DNA of 64,000 nucleotides from Octopus sinensis. Lineage: Eukaryota. The translations under genes were made by a program, and so were the position numbers. Location: assembly GCF_006345805.1 (NCBI RefSeq), contig NC_042998.1:32736001-32800000 (forward strand), given 5' to 3'. Numbering within the stretch: position 1 is the first letter of the stretch; each line of letters begins with the position of its first letter. Below are positions 1-11,024 of the stretch, piece by piece. Under the pieces are notes generated by a model. The model was given only the letters and a program-made list of their open reading frames with translations, was not told the origin of the DNA and did not search any database.

Positions 1-44
1 TTTTCAGTGACTGTACTAATAGATTATTTATCGTGGTAATCACA

Positions 45-335
45 ATATTGACCAAACTGTTGGATGTTGTTATACATCGCTGGTCACAATGTGCTTTACA
101 TTGTCTTAACCTCTAAATGATGCTACACCGCTGGCTAGGCAAACAGGCCAACATTCCCCCAGAGAAGAAGACAATTCCATCGCAGGGGTGACCCGTTTAC
201 AGCTCAGTGGACTGGAGTCACATGAAATGAAGATTTTTGCTCAAGAACACAAAGTACCACCTTGTCTGGGTACTGAACCAATTATCTAGCCATCATGAAT
301 GCAACACCTTAATTACTAAAGCCACATGCCTTCAC
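45..335 (-). mobile_element. SINE-F, degenerate tRNA-headed SINE
   Basis: Reverse complement begins gtgaaggcatgtggctttagtaatt. The tail 'cattgtgaccagcgatgtataacaaca' is shared with 6349-6592. Confidence 0.65.
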
Positions 336-414
336 AATGGATTACTTATACGAGTTTATTATATCTAAAATGATCTGCATAATTTATTGTATAATTTTCT
401 TTTATAATCTGGGT

Positions 415-662
415 GGCATGTAAAAAGTATCATTTGAGCATAGTTGATGCCAGTACCACCTGACTAGCTCCCATGCTGGTGGAACATAAAAATCACCCAC
501 TATACTCTCAGAGTGGTTGGCATTAGGAAGGGTATCCAGCTGTAGAAACCTTGCAAGATCAGATTGGAGCCTGGTGCAACCCCTGGCTTGCCAGTTCTCA
601 ATCAAATCGTCCAACCCATGCCAGCATAGAAAGCGGACGTTAAACGATGATGACGATGATGA
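415..662 (+). mobile_element. RTE-3' fragment (5'-truncated RTE LINE end)
   Basis: 'ggttggcattaggaagggtatccagctgtagaaac...ggacgttaaacgatgatg' is the same end as the RT-bearing copy at 16288-18339. Confidence 0.8.
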
Positions 663-1387
663 AACTAAAGCTGTTTCTGTTTAGCTCCCCATCAGCCCTG
701 ATGAAGTAGGGTTACGCTCAAAGACATTCTAGCTGTGACCATCCCACCTGATATTCAGATACAGTGTATCTAGGACCACTCTGTGTACTGTGTTGCTCCT
801 TTTATAAGAGACTAAGAGGGATTTTGAATAAAATTTGGCTGCTATATCCATCATGTCAAGCAACCAATTCAGAACTTAGAGTCTACATTCCTGAAAGATT
901 GCTGTACGCATCAACTTAATACTTTATGTCAACAAGCCTTTATTTAATTTATTTTGTATTTCACAGAACGATGCCAAGACATGAGTAAAATGTAAATATG
1001 ACATATTTCATTTATATTCCCACAATGCTTATAATCTGAATAAAATAGCAACAGAATTAAGTAAATCAATGCTTCAAATCTCCAATCAGATTTTTTGTAC
1101 AATTGAATGTGCTTGTAATTTAATGTTTAAAATATATATTTTAGTTACTTTCAAACTGAATATTTAATCGTTATATTGATTTTCAGCTTATAAATATAAA
1201 AATTTGTATTACATTTGAATTTTTATGGATAGTAAGAACAGCATTATGAATTAAAAGAAAAAGGATTTGAAGAATGGATTATTACAAGATGTTGACACAT
1301 GCTGGATCTTTGAAATATATGTAACGGTAAGTTCAAGGGTTAACATGGATCAGACATTTGAAGTTCATATAAGTTATTCAACTAAAA

Positions 1388-1767
1388 AAGGCTGCGAGCT
1401 GGCAGAAACGTTAGCACACCGGGCGAAATACGTAACCATATTTTGTCTGCCGTTATGTTCTGAGTTCAAATTCTGCCAAGGTCGACTTTGCCTTTCATCC
1501 TTTCGAGGTCGATAAATTAAGTACCAGTTATGCACTGGGGTCGATGTAATCAACTTAATCCGTTTGTCCCCTCTGTGTTTTTAGCACCTTGTGGGTAGTA
1601 AAGAAATAGGTATTTCGTCTGCTGTTACGTTCTGAGTTCAAATTCTGCTGAGGTTGACTTTGCCTTTTATCCTTTCGGGGTTGATTAAATAAGTACCAGT
1701 TACGCACTGGGGTCGATGTAATCGACAATCCGTTTGTCTGTCCTTGTTTGTCCCCTCTGTGTTTAGG
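1388..1767 (+). mobile_element. SINE-B, two-unit copy with 13-bp TSD
   Basis: Head gagctggcagaaacgttagc, core 'gactttgcctttcatcctttcggggtcga' present twice. TSD tattcaactaaaa at 1375-1387 and 1768-1780. Confidence 0.85.
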
Positions 1768-2780
1768 TATTCAACTAAAATCATTAGACTATATTATAAA
1801 CGTTAGCATATAATCATGCTTACAAAACTATTGATAATAGAAGTTTTGTTTTACATGATTCACTAAGGTTCAGAAAATTGATATTTAACATTAGAACTGG
1901 GAATAAGCAGTGATAAAGAAAAGTTTATACTTGAGAAAACATTGCTTGCTAACGAAAGGTCATAGTAAAATACAAAACAATTTTTTTTACACAACAACTC
2001 TTAGTTTCTCTCAGAGAACTGCAATTGAGAAAAATGTCTAGAAAATATAGATTATGATAAATGTCAATAGATCAACAAAAAAAAAATGTTAAAAAGAAAG
2101 AAAAGCTAAAAATTATTATTTACGTTCCAATAATTCAAAACAACATTAATGGAAAAGTAGCTAAGAATGAGAAAATGACTTGAAAAAAAAAAAAAATTAT
2201 GGAACTATTTTATTTTTTTCATTTGCTTTTTTAAATTTACTTAATGAACAGAAAAACAGCATTGTCTGTCAAGGTAATTAAGTCTGGTTATTGTATTTTT
2301 CGTTAGTCTTCTTGCAAACCAAATTTATAGGTTATTCCTTTTTTATTATGAATTTATCCATAAGAGGATATCAAAGACAGTTCGCACATTTCTCTACCTA
2401 AGGAAGGACCTTAAAATTAAAATTATGCATCCATTTATTTTTATTTTTGAATTCACTGTTAACAATAATTTGCTTGACCTTTAATGATATTTTTAGAAAA
2501 TCTTTCAACATGGACTGACGATTGACATATTAAGATAGAAAAAAAAAACAAATGAAGAGTCTCAGCCATAAATGCAATGAACTTGAACTCATGATATATT
2601 AACCGATAGTCCAATGTCTTATCCACTCACCCATTTCGTCTGTGCAAGTCTGTGTGTATTGCAGATAGATTGTAAGTACCTCTAGAACAATAAACACTTA
2701 TGCTGAACTAAGTTGTATGTCCTTGATTGGTTGTCCACAGTTTTGTATTAGTCAGAAGAGGAAGTTGGTATCTATCTCTA

Positions 2781-3420
2781 TTCTTTTACTTGTTTCAGTC
2801 ATTTGTCTGTGGCCATGCTGGGGCACCACCTTTAGTCGAGCAAATCGACCCCAGGAATTATTCTTTGTAAGCCTAGTACTTACTCTATCGGTCTCTTTTG
2901 CCGAACCGCTAAGTTACGGGGACGTAAACACACCAGCATTGGTTGCCAAGCGATGTTGGGGGGACAAACACAGACACACAAACATATACACACACATACA
3001 TATACATATATTCGACATGCTTCTTTCAGTTTCTGTCTACCAAATCCACTCACAAGGCTTTGGTCAGCCCGAGGCTATAGTAGAAGACACTTGCCGAATG
3101 ACTTAATCCCAGTACTTATTCTATCAGTCTCCTTTGCTGAACTGCTAAGTTACGGCAACGCAAACACACCAGCATCTGTTGTCAAGCGATGTTGGGGGGA
3201 CAAACACAGACACACAAACACATACACACACACACACATATATATACATATATACGACAGGCTTCTTTCAGTTTCTGTCTACCAAATCCACTCACAAGGC
3301 TTTGGTCGGCCCGAGGCTATAGTAGAAGACACTTGCCCAAGGTGCCACACAGTGGGACTGAACCCAGAACCATGTGGTTGGTAAACAAGCTACTTACCAC
3401 ACAGCCACTCCTACGCCTAT
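2781..3420 (-). mobile_element. SINE-A, two tandem copies (one partial)
   Basis: 'cttctttcagtttctgtctaccaaatccactcacaaggctttggtc' occurs twice. The head 'ccacacagccactcct' is at the right end. Confidence 0.85.
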
Positions 3421-3722
3421 ACATAATACTACATATTTGTATTCAGAAAATTCTAAGCTTGAACGGAATTATCTTCAAAATCTGAAGCATTGAGGATAAT
3501 GAGTGAAAAGGGTAAGTGAAGTACAGAATACTCAGGTCCGGAAGAGGAGTAGGAGGAGGAGGCTGATATTAGGTGGAAGAGAAGAAGGCCATAAACTATT
3601 GTTATTATAGAAGAGACAGGGAGTGAAAGCAAGTCTTTTGTGAGCCATCGTTTAGTATATTGATTAATGAGTATTTATCAGTCAATGTTACAATATAAAG
3701 TTTGAAAGGTCTCTGTGCATGC

Positions 3723-4120
3723 AATATAAAGTTTAAAGATTTTAAAGGCCAAACAATGCAAATAGATTTTAAGATGAGGTAACGTAAAAAGTAAGTTACC
3801 TGGTAATCTTTGGTTGTATATGTATCCAATATTTCAGGACATACAAGTCCCTTCTTCAGGGTTAAAAAGGAACTGTCCTAGGAAAGATGTTTTTTGTCAG
3901 AGATAAAATAATACTACTAATAATAATAGAATTATTTTATCCCCAACAAAAAACTTCTTTCCTAGGACAGTTCCTTTTTAACCCTGAAGAAGGGACTTGT
4001 ATGTCCCGAAATATTGGATACATATACAACCAAAGATTACCAGGTAACTTACTTTTTACGTTACCTCATCTTAAAATCTATTTGCATTGTTTGGCCTTTT
4101 AAATCTTTAAACTTTATATT
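3723..4120. repeat. About 190-bp perfect-type inverted repeat (18-bp spacer) with a hammerhead motif in each arm
   Basis: Arms 3723-3912 and 3931-4120 are reverse complements with few mismatches. Spacer is actactaataataataga. Confidence 0.95.
3979..4020 (+). ncRNA. Minimal type-I hammerhead ribozyme motif (Penelope-type)
   Basis: taacc-CTGAAGA-a-gggac-ttgtat-gtccc-GAA-atat-t-ggata: conserved core, 5-bp stem II, palindromic stem III, short stem I. A mirror copy lies on the minus strand at about 3823-3864. Confidence 0.65.
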
Positions 4121-4191
4121 CCATATACAATGCTTCAAGCAAACTATAAAATCTTATATATATATGTTTTTATTATAATTTTGCAATTTAC

Positions 4192-4976
4192 GGATCTTTT
4201 CCTTTTGAATGGCACATGTCAACACAATTTCTAGTTAACTAAACACTTTTAAACTTCGTATACTGGTAGAATGTGTTTATAAAACATCATTTTTTTCTTG
4301 GCTTTATTGAGAAAATTCTATATGTTGTAACATATTTCCACTTTAATTTCAAGCATTTCAGCAATTTTAACCAATCGCTGACCTCCATTTAGGTAAACAA
4401 CATTCCGTGCTGTATGAATATGTCCGCGAAGAAAAAAGATACCCCCCCAACCCTAACTCTAACCCTAAATCTAAAATAGATTGAAATGCAATAGATCGAT
4501 ACTAGGGTTATAATTATGGGTGACACTTTCATTTGTCACCACTAAAAAAAAATCCCATTTTCCGTAGCTGTGTCGTATGAAATAGTCACCCGTAATTATA
4601 ACCCTAGTATCGAACTATTGCATTTCAATCTATTTTAGATTTAGGGTGAGTTAGGGTTAGTTAGGGTTAAGGTTAGGGGTGGGGGAAGGGTATCTTTTTT
4701 TCTTCGCAAATGTGAATAAACCTAATCTGTTTCTTAAACGAGGGACATATTCATACAGCACGGAATGTTTTCACCCCAAATGGAGGTCAGCGATTGGTTA
4801 AAATTGCCGAAATGCTTGAAATTAAAGTGGAAATATGTTACAACATATAGAATTTTCTCAATAAAGCCAAGAAAAAAATGATGTTTTATAAACACATTCT
4901 ACTAGTATACGAAGTTTAAAAGTGTTTAGTTAACTAGAAATTGTGTTGACATGTGCCGTTCAAAAGGAAAAGATCC
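4192..4976. mobile_element. Foldback/MITE-type non-autonomous DNA transposon with very long TIRs, 8-bp TSD and internal telomere-like repeats
   Basis: Termini GGATCTTTTCC...GGAAAAGATCC. Arms 4192-4524 and 4585-4976. Perfect TSD caatttac at 4184-4191 and 4977-4984. Confidence 0.9.
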
Positions 4977-5099
4977 CAATTTACTTAATCATCGGTATAT
5001 TATTGTTATTTTATTTTTAATATTTCTATTATATGTAATTTTCTAGATGGTGAAATTTAATTGTTCATTTTGAATTGATAAAAGGTGGGTTTTTTTTCT

Positions 5100-5227
5100 A
5101 ATTTATATATATATATATTATATTTTGTGAAATTTGATTTAGTATCTCTAAATTGAATTTTTCCCTGTAAGTTAGGAATAATATTCCCACAAATAATTAT
5201 TAATTATTATATATATATATATGTATG

Positions 5228-5276
<49 letters not shown>

Positions 5277-5498
5277 CATATGATGAGCTGCAGATGAATT
5301 GTGTAAGTAAAATTGCATAATTTATTAACAGTGAAACAATTGTATGGGGTTAATCTATATTTTTGTTATTTTTCATTTGTCCTGCTCGCTTACGTTCATG
5401 GTGTGCTAAATTTTCTAGAGATCAATTCTTAGTGGTTGAGACCTATGCAGATCTCTTTTTAGCGTAAGGGCTTCCACATAGTGGTTCCCTCTTATATT

Positions 5499-5552
<54 letters not shown>
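5100..5552. repeat. (TA)n microsatellite tracts
   Basis: Runs at about 5103-5120, 5208-5280 and 5503-5551. Confidence 0.9.
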
Positions 5553-5554
<2 letters not shown>

Positions 5555-6348
5555 ATATGGCATGGGGGTAAGATATGATCCTCTAACCTGTAAAATTTTT
5601 GCCTGCCAGTACAGAAAGCTGATGCAAAATGATGATGAAGTTGATAATATATATATTCAATACATTACATATGTATTCAGCCACTTATGTATTCAAAAGC
5701 ATTGTCACTGAGTACCAGAAACAAGATATGCTAATATGTATTTAATATAGGGGTTGATAGATGGAGAAAGCAGAGGGGAGAGAGACATAGAGAGAAAGAG
5801 ACAGACTGTGTACTTTTTAAGTGAGAGATTTTAAAGAAACTGTGATTTTGAATTCCAAAAAGAAAAAAAATATTAGTTTTTTTTATTCCTAATCAATTTT
5901 GATCACATTATGTTTTTAGAATAAGTAGATTTCGCTCTTAGAATTATTTGCTAAATTTCCTAAGATAAACACTGAACATATGTTTGAATTCATAGAACTT
6001 GCTGGCAATAGGAAAAAAAAAATGTTAGAAATGTTAAATATATCAAGATCACGTTTCTTTTAAAAAATAGATAGAATTCACTAAAATCTATTTTGTTTGG
6101 ATGAAAAAACGGAAGCATAAATTATCTGTTTTTTCTGTGTATAAGCAATATAAACTCCACAGATATCCAACAAGTGATCTAATTTTATTAGACTCTCAAA
6201 TAGTTTTGCTTAATTAGTCATAGTAATTTTTCAAGCCTGACAGATTCATTATTCATGTATGACTGTATCTTTAAATTTCTTATGGACACCAATCTCTTGG
6301 GAACTATTTCTAATAAGCCAAATTTAAATAAATTATAAAAGTATAACT

Positions 6349-6592
6349 GTGAAGGTGCATGGCTTAGTGGTTAGGGTGTTACACTCATGATTTTGATTGT
6401 CAAACCAAGTAGTATGTTGGATTCTTAAATGAAATGAAATAAGCCATTTCATGTTGTTCCAGTCTACTCAGCTGTAAATAGGTACCTCTGCAATGGACTA
6501 GTGAGGTGGTATCATAGGAAAGCTAAAACAATGGAAAGTACATTGTGACCAGCGATGTATAACATCATCCAAAAGGCTGATTGATCATGTGA
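6349..6592 (+). mobile_element. SINE-F, degenerate
   Basis: Head gtgaaggtgcatggcttagtggttag (A-box-like). The tail matches 45-335. Confidence 0.6.
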
Positions 6593-6688
6593 TTAAGCAT
6601 AATTGAAAAAATATGAATGTTCAAATAAAGTTTTCTTTGCTCTTTATGTTTCTAAGCAAGAACACATTAAATAATGAACACTTGAAGT

Positions 6689-6788
6689 ATGGAAGGTGTT
6701 TATAAACCATTTAAGAAACACACAAAAACCGTTAGATTCACTTCAACATTTAAATTTAATTTGTCAAAATATTTTCGCTGCTTTGAGA

Positions 6789-6789
<1 letters not shown>
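6689..6789. repeat. About 100-bp direct repeat, copy 1 (copy 2 at 7883-7985)
   Basis: 'atggaaggtgtttataaaccattta...gattcacttcaacatttaaat...gtcaaaatatttt...ctttgaga' occurs at both loci. Confidence 0.9.
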
Positions 6790-6819
<30 letters not shown>

Positions 6820-6823
<4 letters not shown>

Positions 6824-7815
6824 TCATCATCATCATCATCATCGTTTAACGTCCGTTCTCCATGCTAGCATGGGTTGGACAGTTCGACCGGGGATCTGGG
6901 AAGCCAGAAGGCTGCACCAGGCTCCAGTCTTATCTGGCAGTGTTTCTACAGCTGGATGCCCTTCCTAATGCCAACCACTCTGTGAGTGTAGTGGGTGCTT
7001 TTTACGTGCCACCTGCACAGGTGCCAGGCGAGGCTGGCAACGGCCACGGTCGGATTGGTGTATTTTATGTGCCACCGGCACGGAAGCCAGACGAGGCGGA
7101 GCTGGCATTGGCCACGAGTCGGATAGTGCTTTTTACGCCACGAGTCGGATAGTGCTTTTTACGTACCACCAGACCAGGGATCCTGGCTGGTTCAATTCGA
7201 TTTCGATTTCGATTTCGCTTGCCCCAACATGTCTTCGCAAGCAAGGGGGTTGGCATGGGTGCCTGTCGTACGGTCAGATTGGTGTATTTTACGTGCCACC
7301 GGCACGGAAGCCAGGGGAGGCGGCGCTGGCATCAGCCACGAGTCGGATAGTGCTTTTTACGTACCACCAGACCAGGGATCCTGGCTGGTTCAATTCGATT
7401 TCGATTTCGCTTGCCCCAACATGTCTTCGCAAGCAAGAGGGTTGGCATGGGTGCCTGTCGTACGGTCAGATTGGTGTATTTTACGTGCCACCGGCACGGA
7501 AGCCAGTGGAGGCGGCGCTGGCATCGGCCACGAGTCGGATAGTGCTTTTTACGTACCACCAGACCAGGGATCCTGGTGGTTCAATTCGATTTCGATTTCG
7601 ATTTCGCTTGCCCCAACATGTCTTCGCAAGCAAGGGGGTTGGCATGGGTGCCTGTCGTACGGTCAGATTGGTGTATTTTACGTGCCACCGGCACGGAAGC
7701 CAGTGGAGGCGGCGCTGGCATCGGCCACGAGTCGGATAGTGCTTTTTACGTACCACCAGACCAGGGATCCTGGCTGGTTCAATTCGATTTCGATTTCGCT
7801 TGCTCCAAAATGTCT
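6820..7815 (-). mobile_element. RTE-3' copy whose 3'UTR segment is amplified into a 4-unit tandem array
   Basis: (CAT)n tail at the left. The unit 'attggtgtatttta...' starts at 7054, 7278, 7470 and 7667. Confidence 0.9.
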
Positions 7816-7882
7816 TCGAAATCGAATATATATATGCATAAACAAATTCTGTACTGCATATATATGCAAAAACAATTGCAGC

Positions 7883-7985
7883 ATGGAAGGTGTTTATAAA
7901 CCATTTAAAAACACAATAACCATTAGATTCACTTCAACATTTAAATTAATTTGTCAAAATATTTTTGTTGCTTTGAGATTGCGAC
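7883..7985. repeat. About 100-bp direct repeat, copy 2
   Basis: Matches 6689-6789 and is cut by SINE-B at about 7985. Confidence 0.9.
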
Positions 7986-8215
7986 GTAAAGACAAACGAA
8001 ATACCTATTTCTTTACTACCCACAAAGAGCTAAACACAGAGGGGACAAACAAGGACAGACATCGACCCCAGTGCGCAACTGGTACTTATTTAAGTGACCC
8101 CAAAAGGATGAAAAGCAAAGTCAACCTCGGCGGAATTTGAACTCAGAACGTAAAGACAGACGAAATATGACTATGCATTTCGCCTGGTGTGCTAACGTTT
8201 CTACCAGCTCATTGC
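7985..8215 (-). mobile_element. SINE-B, two-unit copy
   Basis: 'gacgaaatacctatttctttactacccacaa...ggatgaaaagcaaagtcaacctcggcggaatttgaactcag'. Confidence 0.8.
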
Positions 8216-8685
8216 CTTTGTGTTAGTTAATACTGAGATAATAAAAGATGGCATGTATTTTGAATGATTTGTTTTCATTAAAATGTGCCATCTGCTGTCG
8301 AATGATGTGGAGATAAGTAGGAGGAAAACGAGAATAAAGCACTTATATTGCACAGTTATGAATATTTGCCAACCTAAGAGGTTAAGGTTCCATTCACTAG
8401 ATAGTTAAATCAAATTATCTAAAGCCTAAAAATAATATTTGAATGCAATAACGAGAAAGTCTCTCTTTCTACTCTACAACCAAATTTGAGGTCATCTTAT
8501 TGCAGATACCACACAAAAGAATAACCGAATTGTGAGAAACTAATTTTCTCATTTCCTAAAGATATTGTAAAGTGTAAATGTGCATCCTCTTGGATTTGAT
8601 GCTAACAATGAAACATATTATTGCTGTAATGCATAAAGACAATAAAATATGAAAACACACACAGTATGTTTCCATATTTTATTTC

Positions 8686-9140
8686 ATCATCATCATCATC
8701 ATCATCATCAGCGTTTAACGTCCGCTTTCCATGCTAGCATGGGTTGGGCAATTTTGACTGAGGGCTGGCGAACCAGATGGCTGCACCAGACTCCAATCTT
8801 GATCTGGCAGTGTTTCTACAGCTGGGTGCCCTTCCTGACACCAACCACTCCGAGAGTGTAGTTGGTGCTTTTTACGTGCCACCGGCACGGGGCCAGTCAG
8901 GCAGTACTGGCAATGACTTCGCTCAAATCTTTTTACACATGCCACCGGCACAGGAGAGTGTAGTGGGTGCTTTTTATGTGCCACCGGCATGGGGCCAGTC
9001 AGGCAGTACTGGCAATGACCTCGCTCAAATCTTTTTACACATGTCACTGGCACAGGAGAGTGTAGTGGGTGCTGTTTCTGTGCCACCGGAACGGAGCCAG
9101 AATCTTTTTACACATGCCACCGGCACAGGTGCCACTAAGG
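8686..9140 (-). mobile_element. RTE-3' copy with internal duplication of about 90 bp
   Basis: (CAT)n tail. 'gagagtgtagt.ggtgctttt...ggggccagtcaggcagtactggcaatgac' is repeated. Confidence 0.85.
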
Positions 9141-9478
9141 TGACGTTGCTAACGATCTGTTTTCAACAAATATTGTTCTGTCATATTTACATGTATTTGT
9201 TGAAACTTCCTCATGATGAATCTTCCCTTATTTTATAAGATTTCAATAAATTATGATATCATACGATTGTTCAATTACTATTATTACTGTTTGTCTGGTG
9301 GTGGATTCTCCAGGAGTAACAATGAAAAACGTTTGGCTGTTTAACCAACTGAACTCTTCTTAGATGTGGAAATAAGTAGAAGCAGTTGAGTAATTCCTAA
9401 TGCATCATGTGCTCTTTAACCCTCTCTAATCTAGACCCCTAACTTTACTCTTCACCTGAAGATCCTAAACAAAAAATT

Positions 9479-9556
9479 CCCACGGACTTATGGTGTAGTA
9501 GCTAAGAGTACGGGATACTAACCCCAAGATTCTGAGTTCGATTCCAGGCAGTGACC

Positions 9557-9590
<34 letters not shown>

Positions 9591-10080
9591 TTTTTTGGAG
9601 ACAACAACAAAATCGTGCCTCCTCATTGATATGACTGTCCCAATCAATATAAACGTATCTGTCAAACCTACCAAAAACTGAGCAAGCATAAAGATCTTGA
9701 AATAGAAATTAACAAAATGTGGAACCGAAGACTAAAACAATGGCTGTTTTCATAGGTGCCCTGGGAATGATAGCAAAAGCAGCTGATTACTACCTAGCTC
9801 AGATACCAGGAAACCTCAAAATGGCAGAAATTCAAAAGATAGTGTTCATGGGAACTGCTCATATCCTACACAAAATACTTTCTAAGTAATCTCAAGTTTT
9901 AAAAGAAACATAATTTTCTTATGCTTTCTTAAACATTCTCTAGAACAACACTAAGTACAAAACCAAATATATGACACCCTAGGCATAACACCAACATGAA
10001 TTCCAACTTGTTGTCTCTTGAGGTCTCTGGGTGAGACTTGGAGCCAACTTGTACAAATGTAAAGCTAAAGTCAAACATAA

Positions 10081-10132
<52 letters not shown>

Positions 10133-10256
10133 TCAAAATATACCTTAGGAACGAGAACCCAGGTTCGAAATTTCCCCAAGACACCCGATGAAGGCTGGAG
10201 GGTATATTAGCCGAAACGTTGAGGACAAATATCCATCAAATGTAAATAATGTAAAC
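9479..10256 (+). mobile_element. SINE-D interrupted in its (AAT)n tract by an RLE-type LINE fragment
   Basis: Head 9479-9557 (A box tggtgtagtag, B box gttcgattcc). Tail 10131-10256 contains the hammerhead-like segment 10181-10221. Confidence 0.85.
9590..10080 (+). pseudogene. 5'-truncated R4/Dong-like non-LTR retrotransposon: restriction-like endonuclease C-terminus plus 3'UTR
   Basis: Frameshifted translation CLLIDMTVPININVSVK-YQKLSKHKDLEIEINKMWN-KTKTMAVFIGALGMIAK...GTAHILHKILSK* (stop at 9887-9889) fits the RLE-clade pattern ID..VP...K..K..KY.DL..E...W...IGALG. Flanked by (AAT)n on both sides. Confidence 0.8.
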
Positions 10257-10974
10257 AGTATAAAAAATAAATAGTTGCATATACAGTTCAAGAGTAATGA
10301 TTGCAGGTAGACTAATGGACAGAATCACAAAAAAAATAAAAAATTCAGGAGTATAACAATAATAGGCCTTTCTGTATTTATTCATTGCAGGTAAAGTAAT
10401 GGACAAAATCATACAAAGAAAAAATTCAAGAGAATAACAGTAATAGGCCTATCTCTCAAATACAATATTTGTTCATTTGAATTGCTATTTTCCACATCAT
10501 TTTCACCAGTTTGATTATCTGAATCACTGTCATTGCCTGAATAAGTATAAACTCTTTATCTGAACAATGAATACCACTGGTCAACAAAATTCAATGTATT
10601 ATTATCCTCATTATGCAAGCAGACTAATTCTTCACTCCATTTGTATGCAGCACATATCAGATTTTCAGTAGATAAATGCAGATATTTACATATTTGTGGG
10701 AATGACCAAGTTTAAAATCTGCTGGATCTCACTCATAAGGGAATCTTACATTGCTTATAAACTCTATATTTGGAAGGACTCATATTAAACTCTCTTGGAC
10801 TTTTGGATTTTACTCAAAGGATATTGGAATATTGCATATATGCCATTATGCCTATAAAATGGATTTACAACTTCAATACCCATACATATCTTGCATCTAT
10901 TTTCTTTCCTCCACCTCACTCTCTATTTTGTATCACATCTAAACTATCTATGACTTAGCTTTCCTCTCATACCA

Positions 10975-11024
10975 TCTCCGATGAAGGGATATTATTAACA
11001 AATATCCTAGAAACAGCTGTAAGA
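10975..11024 (+). ncRNA. Hammerhead-like motif, family with palindromic ACAGCTGT stem III (core mutated to CCGATGA)
   Basis: tct-ccgatga-a-gggatatt-attaaca-aatatcct-a-GAA-acagctgt-a-aga. A related copy is at 26870-26925. Confidence 0.5.

Noticed and set aside
695-740. Hammerhead at 'ccctgatgaagtagggttacgctcaaagac'
   Set aside because: CUGAUGA is present, but there is no convincing stem II, GAAA or stem III.
1187-1332. Coding exon ending at the strong donor ACG|gtaagt
   Set aside because: The only open frame has no usable upstream acceptor or ATG. It could be a non-coding exon, but this cannot be supported here.
4128-4146. 19-bp match caatgcttcaagcaaacta with about 56313-56331
   Set aside because: Too short to define an element. 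Probably the end of an unrecognised old repeat.
4440-4690. True telomere or chromosome-fusion site
   Set aside because: Repeats are few and degenerate and lie symmetrically inside TIRs bounded by a TSD.
7054-7815. CRISPR-like or coding interpretation of the array of about 195 bp (303-aa ORF 7229-8140)
   Set aside because: Units are contiguous with no unique spacers, there are no cas genes, the context is eukaryotic, and the unit is an RTE 3'UTR segment also present singly at 59000-59345.
8246-8293. Pre-miRNA-like hairpin (agatggca...tgccatct)
   Set aside because: About 19 bp with three bulges and no basal stem extension, and no known seed recognised. An overlapping CTCF-like string alone is not evidence.
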